DNA of 64,000 nucleotides from an uncultured bacterium (GTDB lineage Bacteria; Cyanobacteriota; Vampirovibrionia; Gastranaerophilales; Gastranaerophilaceae): NCBI GenBank assembly GCA_902797985.1, contig CADBUZ010000010.1, positions 6,755 to 70,754 of the forward strand, read 5' to 3'. Shown piece by piece: positions 58,658 to 64,000 of this stretch (position 1 is its first letter; each line of letters starts with the position of its first letter). The notes under the pieces were generated by a model. It saw only the letters and a program-made list of their open reading frames with translations, ran no database searches and was not told where the DNA came from. The position numbers and the translations under genes were made by a program.

Positions 58658-60100
58658 TTATTTATTATAAACGACAACTCTGTTTCTTCCGCCTTCTTTT
58701 GCATCATACAAAGCTCTATCAGCTTTCATATACAAATCCTCCGGCATATCTTTTATATCAAGCTCTGCCAAGCCTACGCTAATTGTTAAATGGATTTTTC
58801 TTCCATCCTCTAATTCAATTTCCATTTTTTCTACTGCGGAACGCAATCTTTCTGCAACAATTTTAGCTTCTTCTATACCTGTTTGCGGAAGTAATATACA
58901 AAATTCTTCTCCGCCATATCTTGATGGGATATCGTATTCACGGAGTGTATTTTTTATAACTGATGCTGTTTGTTTAAGTACCAAATCTCCAACTGCGTGG
59001 CCATAAGTATCATTAAACTTTTTAAAGAAATCTATATCCGTCATAATTGCACACAAAGGTGTGTCTTGACGGTTTGCGATAGCATATTGTTCTGACAGTC
59101 TTGTTTCAAACTGACGCCTGTTGTTTAGACCTGTTAAAGCATCCATTGTTGCATTTTGCAAAATTTCGGAATAAGTGTTTGCTCTTTCAATAGTTACTGC
59201 TGACTGTTTTGTTAACTCTGAAATATATCCTATTTCTTCATCGGTTAATTTATCAATTGTACTATGCGCAACAATACATCCTATAATTTCATCTTCGCTA
59301 ACAAGCGGAAAAGCACCCGTTTTTTTATCTTCTGATATCTTTGCTATATCCTCTGCCGTAACCGTTTCTATTAACTCATACACTTTTTTATTCCAACAGG
59401 CAGATGGCCAAAATAAATTATATTTCCCCTCTTTTTTTATAAAAATATATATTAAATGATTCATAACAAATTTATCAATCATTTCACCAATAATCGGAAT
59501 AATATATTGAAAATCGTACTGAGTTTCTATAATTTTTGCTATATCTTTCATTGATTTATAAAAAGCTGAATTAACTTCTATTTGCTTTGAAAGAACAATA
59601 TTCATCACCTTCAATGAAAGATTGTAACTAAACATCTCAAATAATTTTAAATCTTCCGAGGATAACTCCGCTTTATTTTTAAATTTAATTCTTACAAACC
59701 CTTTAGTTTCGCCTTCGTATTTAAGCGCAATTGATAATGTTTTTGCTATTATGTTTCCATTGTCAAAGATATCATTAGGGGCATTAACATCATCATTCAA
59801 GACAAAATTTGTTCCGACAAGTTTTGAATATATATCATTTAAAGATTTTAATTTTTCTTCTGAATAATAATCATCAGCTACTTCAAAATCTTTAACGACA
59901 CTTTTTAATTTATTTATGACTGAGTCGAAATATAAAATATTAATTTCTGATATTTCATAAAATTCACTAAAAACAAGTTTCAAATCTTCTCCAAGATTTT
60001 CAACATTATCGTTAGTGCATAACATATTAAATAATTTATATAACAAAAAAGAATCGTTAATATTCATTACTTTCATTCCTAAAGTATGCATATCCTGCAC
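58658..60100 (-). CDS. GAF-like sensor + GGDEF diguanylate cyclase
   Basis: GGEEF active site (RYGGEEFCILL), RxxD-like I-site region and DALTGLNNRR. Confidence 0.8.
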   Translation of the reverse strand: MQDMHTLGMKVMNINDSFLLYKLFNMLCTNDNVENLGEDLKLVFSEFYEISEINILYFDSVINKLKSVVKDFEVADDYYSEEKLKSLNDIYSKLVGTNFVLNDDVNAPNDIFDNGNIIAKTLSIALKYEGETKGFVRIKFKNKAELSSEDLKLFEMFSYNLSLKVMNIVLSKQIEVNSAFYKSMKDIAKIIETQYDFQYIIPIIGEMIDKFVMNHLIYIFIKKEGKYNLFWPSACWNKKVYELIETVTAEDIAKISEDKKTGAFPLVSEDEIIGCIVAHSTIDKLTDEEIGYISELTKQSAVTIERANTYSEILQNATMDALTGLNNRRQFETRLSEQYAIANRQDTPLCAIMTDIDFFKKFNDTYGHAVGDLVLKQTASVIKNTLREYDIPSRYGGEEFCILLPQTGIEEAKIVAERLRSAVEKMEIELEDGRKIHLTISVGLAELDIKDMPEDLYMKADRALYDAKEGGRNRVVVYNK

Positions 60101-61172
60101 AACGGGACATATCCTTCATCATAATTTTATCTAAATCTTTAGATGGTCTTACTTTACCATCATCGCTCAACAAATTATCAATGTCCTCATCTTTATTCTT
60201 AGCTTTCTTACCTTTTTTCTTCTTTTTATCAGAATCGACTTCTTGATTATCTGTGTTCGCCATTTCTTCATATCTCGGATCTGCCTTAAAATCAACATAT
60301 GAATGTGATACATCTGATAATATTCCGAAAATATAATCTGTATTTGCAGATACACCTGTTGTAGAAATAATCAAAGAAGCTTTTTCCAATTCTTTTATTG
60401 ATGCACCGAATTTTTTCATTCTGCGTAACAAAATAGCCAAATTATAGTGTGCTTCGTAATTCATAGGTGCAAGCTCTATTGCTTTACAATAATTTTTACC
60501 CGCATCTCTATAGTTTCCTAACAAATGATAATCTAGTGCAAGGTTATATCTTGCATCAGAATTTTTCTTGAGTATTTTGCAGGCTTTTTCATAAGCATCA
60601 GCTGATTTTAACAATAAAGGTGTTGTTAAATTTCTATTTTCTTCCGGAAGATAAATTGCCTTCTGCCTATATGCTCGTCCCATATTATAATACGCAAGAC
60701 CTTTATTTATCTTTGAACATCTCTTATTGCTAAAAACAATAGGGATTGCCCATATTCTATATTTTGTATCGAGTATTTTATTATACTGTTCTATTGCAGC
60801 ATCAAAGTTTCCGAGTTTTTCTGACTGAATTATACCTAAATTCATTCTTGCAGTAACATATTTAGGATTATATTTAATCGCCTCTGTGTATGCATCAACA
60901 GCAGCATAATAATCTTCATACACTACATAAATATTACCTAAGTTATACCACGCAGTATAATGCTTAGGGAAAAGGGCTAAACCTTTGTTGTAGTATTCAA
61001 TTGAATATGCAAGTTTATTTTTTCTATATGCCCTATCACCTTTATAAACATAAAAAATACCTTCAAATCTATTGATAATATTTACTCTTATCCAACCTTG
61101 TTTAAAGATAAGCATAAATATTAACCCTAAAACACAAAGTATTTTTAATAAATGACGAATTCGTTTCTTCAT
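60057..61172 (-). CDS. Membrane-anchored TPR repeat protein with Lys-rich C-terminus
   Basis: N-terminal TM helix and multiple TPR units (AWYNLGNIYVVYEDYYAAVDAYTEAIKYNP and similar). Confidence 0.7.
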   Translation of the reverse strand: MKKRIRHLLKILCVLGLIFMLIFKQGWIRVNIINRFEGIFYVYKGDRAYRKNKLAYSIEYYNKGLALFPKHYTAWYNLGNIYVVYEDYYAAVDAYTEAIKYNPKYVTARMNLGIIQSEKLGNFDAAIEQYNKILDTKYRIWAIPIVFSNKRCSKINKGLAYYNMGRAYRQKAIYLPEENRNLTTPLLLKSADAYEKACKILKKNSDARYNLALDYHLLGNYRDAGKNYCKAIELAPMNYEAHYNLAILLRRMKKFGASIKELEKASLIISTTGVSANTDYIFGILSDVSHSYVDFKADPRYEEMANTDNQEVDSDKKKKKGKKAKNKDEDIDNLLSDDGKVRPSKDLDKIMMKDMSRCAGYAYFRNESNEY

Positions 61173-61225
61173 AACTATATCATATAATAACTTAGGGGTT
61201 TAAGTCCAGTCGTTAACAAAACCTT

Positions 61226-61378
61226 CTACTTTTTTATTTTTCTGATACGAATTTCATTATTCTCTATATATAACTCAACTTTATCCATAACAGGATTAAT
61301 ATCTAATCCTTCCAAAATAGGCTTTGGTATAATTATACCCCAACTATTACCAATATTTCTTAAATTCTTTTCTATCAT
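61226..61378 (-). CDS. Unannotated 50-aa AbrB/MazE (SpoVT_AbrB) family DNA-binding protein
   Basis: Minus-strand ORF MIEKNLRNIGNSWGIIIPKPILEGLDINPVMDKVELYIENNEIRIRKIKK. The GNSxGIxIPKxIL pattern is the hallmark of the swapped-hairpin AbrB/MazE fold. It is below the ORF-track cutoff. Confidence 0.55.
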   Translation of the reverse strand: MIEKNLRNIGNSWGIIIPKPILEGLDINPVMDKVELYIENNEIRIRKIKK

Positions 61379-61456
61379 ATAACAATTATAACAAATCATG
61401 TTGACATTTTGTTGCTATCTGAGTTATTATTTATGTTATAACGAAGGAGAAGCAAT

Positions 61457-61621
61457 ATGGAAAAATACGATATTGAAAATTTATTAGATAAGAAGCATGA
61501 CGCATTGTCGACCGATATAGAAACTTTGTTTAGCCTTTTGAGCAGTATATCAGGAACAATAAACACAATAAGAGATTTGAATTATATCCTTAAAAAAGAT
61601 AACAAAGACTCTACTCTTTAA
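61457..61621 (+). CDS. Possible 54-aa ORF
   Basis: GAAGGAGAAG RBS 6 nt upstream of the ATG at 61457. No domain recognised. The 3' end overlaps the permease gene end. Confidence 0.2.
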   Translation: MEKYDIENLLDKKHDALSTDIETLFSLLSSISGTINTIRDLNYILKKDNKDSTL

Positions 61622-62429
61622 CTCCGCCTTTCATCATGTCGTTAATAATATATTTTTTGCCCAAAAGGAAAATAATAATCGCAGGTAAACTGCAAACAAC
61701 CGAACAAGCTAATAAATCACCCCACATAATAACTTCTCTATAACTGCTTTTGAATACAGCAAGTCCTAAAGGAAGTGTTCGCATAGCCTCTGAATTTGTA
61801 ACAATTAAAGGCCATATAAAACTGTTCCAGCTTGATATAAATGTAAATATTGCCAATGTAGCCATAGCAGGAATAGCAAGCGGACAAACAATTTTTATAA
61901 AGGTTTGAAGCTTACTGCAACCGTCTATAAGAGAAGCGTCCTCTAACTCACCTGGAAAAGACAAGAAATGCTGACGCATTAAAAATACTCCAAATCCGCC
62001 AAATAAACCGGGAAGAATAAGTGCAGAGTATGTATCCACGAGATGTAGTTCTCTCATCAGAAAAAATAATGGAATTATGTTTACCTGAGGAGGAATAAAC
62101 ATTGTTATCAGTATTATAAAAAACAATATATTCCTACCTTTGAAAGATAATCTGGCAAAAGCATAACCTGCCAAAGTAGCAATTATTACTTGTCCTATTG
62201 TTGTGAAAACAGAAACAAACAAACTGTTTATAAAATATCTGAATACAGGTATAGTATTAAAAACATTTGAGTAGTTATGAAAAGTAAGATTATTAACTAA
62301 ACCTGACATATCTATATATGAGATTTCATTATTTGTTGACAATGAAATAAGAAGCATTACTAAAAATGGTGCCAGCATGCTTATTGCAGTCAAAGCTAAA
62401 ATAGTTGTAATAAAAATCTTCTTAACCAT
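61611..62429 (-). CDS. ABC transporter permease (MalG/carbohydrate-type), solitary
   Basis: EAA-loop motif EDASLIDGCSKLQTFIKIVCPLAIP and six TM segments. The start is probably the internal ATG (MVKKIF). Confidence 0.75.
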   Translation of the reverse strand: MVKKIFITTILALTAISMLAPFLVMLLISLSTNNEISYIDMSGLVNNLTFHNYSNVFNTIPVFRYFINSLFVSVFTTIGQVIIATLAGYAFARLSFKGRNILFFIILITMFIPPQVNIIPLFFLMRELHLVDTYSALILPGLFGGFGVFLMRQHFLSFPGELEDASLIDGCSKLQTFIKIVCPLAIPAMATLAIFTFISSWNSFIWPLIVTNSEAMRTLPLGLAVFKSSYREVIMWGDLLACSVVCSLPAIIIFLLGKKYIINDMMKGGVKE

Positions 62430-62575
62430 ACAACTAATTTTAACATACATATAATTAAGACAGCGAGATAAAATATAAAGCAAATATTTAAAAAATTTAA
62501 AAATATTTGAAAATTTGTAACCATCGATTTTTTAGTTTATAATTTATCTGTAAAAAGATTAGGGAGTTTTGAGTT

Positions 62576-63808
62576 ATGAATTTTGCTTCGCACACAGATG
62601 ATATAAGAAAAGAAATGCTTGAAGAAATAAATCTGTCGAATATTGAGGATTTATTTAGTCATATTCCAATAAAAATGAAATCTTTAGATTTAGCTGACGG
62701 AATTAGCGAAATGGAAGCTCAAAAACTTGTTAAATCTATAGCTAAAAAAAATAAAACCGACTATATATCATTTATGGGTGGCGGCGTTTATAACAAATTT
62801 ATTCCTGCGGCAATATCGTCTGTTGCGCAAAGATTTGAATTTTTAACCGCATATACTCCTTATCAACCTGAAATTTCACAAGGAACATTACAGATAATGT
62901 ACGAATATCAGTCAATGATATGCATGCTAACAGGCATGGATGTAGCTAATGCCTCTGTATATGATGGTGGTTCTGCGTGTGCAGAAGCAATTTCGATGGC
63001 ATGTAGAATATCAAAGAAGCAAAAAGCATTGATTTCAAATAAATTAAATCCTGAATACAAAGAAGTGATAAAAACATATACTTGGGGTTCAGGGGTAGAG
63101 ATAGAATGGTTTGACGAGCTAAGCGAAGACGCATCTGATTATGCTTGCGTTTTAGTTCAAAACCCTGATTATTACGGAGAGATTAAAGAACTTCCACAAG
63201 TTAATTCATTGTTGATAGTATGTACAACTCCTGACAGCTTGTCAGTCATTAAACCACCTGTTGAGGCTGATATTGTTGTTGGAGATATCCAAACTTTAGG
63301 AATACCGATGTCCTTTGGAGGGCCACATGCAGGATTTATGGCTTGTAAAGAAAAATATATGCGTCAACTTCCGGGAAGATTAGCAGGACAAACTTTAGAT
63401 GCAGATGGAAATATCGCATATACTTTGACTTTACAAACAAGAGAACAACATATCAGAAGAGAAAAAGCAACCAGCAATATTTGTTCTAATCAAGCTCTTA
63501 TTGCACTCTCTGCAACACTTTATCTAAGCTTGTTAGGTGAAAATGGTTTTAGAGAAGTAGGAATACTTTCTTGCAACAATGCTCATCTGCTGTCTGAAAA
63601 GCTCGCTAATATTGGCATTAAAACATTGACAAAAAATTTCTTTAACGAATTTGTGATAGAAGTAAATGACTCTGATGAAGTATTATCTAAATTGAAATCG
63701 ACAAATATTTTAGGCGGTATTAAACTTGATAATACAAAAATATTAGTTTGTGCCACCGAAATGAACACACTTGATGAAATTGAGTTATATGTTAATACAA
63801 TAAAATAA
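62576..63808 (+). CDS. gcvPA: Glycine dehydrogenase (decarboxylating) subunit 1
   Basis: FLTAYTPYQPEISQGTLQ and GGPHAGFMA motifs; 410 aa. Confidence 0.85.
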   Translation: MNFASHTDDIRKEMLEEINLSNIEDLFSHIPIKMKSLDLADGISEMEAQKLVKSIAKKNKTDYISFMGGGVYNKFIPAAISSVAQRFEFLTAYTPYQPEISQGTLQIMYEYQSMICMLTGMDVANASVYDGGSACAEAISMACRISKKQKALISNKLNPEYKEVIKTYTWGSGVEIEWFDELSEDASDYACVLVQNPDYYGEIKELPQVNSLLIVCTTPDSLSVIKPPVEADIVVGDIQTLGIPMSFGGPHAGFMACKEKYMRQLPGRLAGQTLDADGNIAYTLTLQTREQHIRREKATSNICSNQALIALSATLYLSLLGENGFREVGILSCNNAHLLSEKLANIGIKTLTKNFFNEFVIEVNDSDEVLSKLKSTNILGGIKLDNTKILVCATEMNTLDEIELYVNTIK

Positions 63809-63880
63809 TATGTTACGTTAGTTAACATATTTTGGGGATATTTTATTAACAACACAGATGGTTTATTATATAATCAATCT

Positions 63881-64000
63881 GTGGAAAAACGAATTACAAA
63901 AATAGAAGAAATAACTAATACAATATCAGGTGCAAATTTCTTAGTAGAACTACTTAGAGAATCTGGAGTGGATACAATCTTTGGATACCCCGGTTCACCT
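63881..64000 (+). CDS. TPP-dependent enzyme, acetolactate synthase large-subunit-like (5' fragment, continues beyond window)
   Basis: GANFLVELLRESGVDTIFGYPG is the typical TPP_enzyme_N start. The GTG at 63881 is the first start in the frame. Confidence 0.5.
   Translation, partial: MEKRITKIEEITNTISGANFLVELLRESGVDTIFGYPGSP

Overview
AT-rich bacterial chromosomal window using the standard code (TAA, TAG and TGA all end conserved genes). Gene content fits a low-GC, possibly non-photosynthetic cyanobacteria-related (Melainabacteria-like) organism: a Ycf45-like R3H ATPase, an SLH envelope protein, NifS/NifU, a split transketolase and many TPR proteins. I cannot verify this taxonomy without a search.

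Positions 1 to about 18.85 kb are an accessory island, which looks by eye even more AT-rich, abutting the 3' end of tRNA-Leu(CAG). It carries:
- a translationally coupled three-gene operon: a 942-aa unknown protein, a 1699-aa DEAH/DUF1998 helicase (type III Druantia-like) and an extra NERD-SF1 helicase;
- two small ORFs, an Mrr endonuclease, a DUF262-only protein plus a full GmrSD-type DUF262/DUF1524 enzyme, and a DUF1643 protein;
- next to the tRNA, a compact four-gene transposition operon (TnsB/MuA-like DDE transposase, small TniB/TnsC-like ATPase, a stand-alone integrase core-binding-domain protein, an HTH protein), with phased hexamer repeats marking the element end.
No TnsA, TniQ, Cas gene or CRISPR array is visible, and the other element end is not in the window.

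Positions 19-64 kb are mostly housekeeping: trxA, gcvT-gcvH, rpsL-rpsG, nifS-nifU, ruvB, gyrB, tsaB-tsaE, yifB, cinA and gcvPA. Interspersed oddities:
- a 12/14-nt tandem repeat fused to the gcvT -35 box;
- a three-copy MITE-like element, always just upstream of a gene start;
- a tandem pair of membrane-anchored coiled-coil proteins with C-terminal R-S-E ADP-ribosyltransferase-like domains (one also HD), neither with a canonical start codon;
- an operon of a gluzincin peptidase plus two paralogous Cys-His-Asp proteins;
- a repeat surface protein frameshifted by a 17-bp duplication;
- several small coupled ORFs below the ORF-track cutoff.

All domain calls come from motif reading by eye, not from searches.
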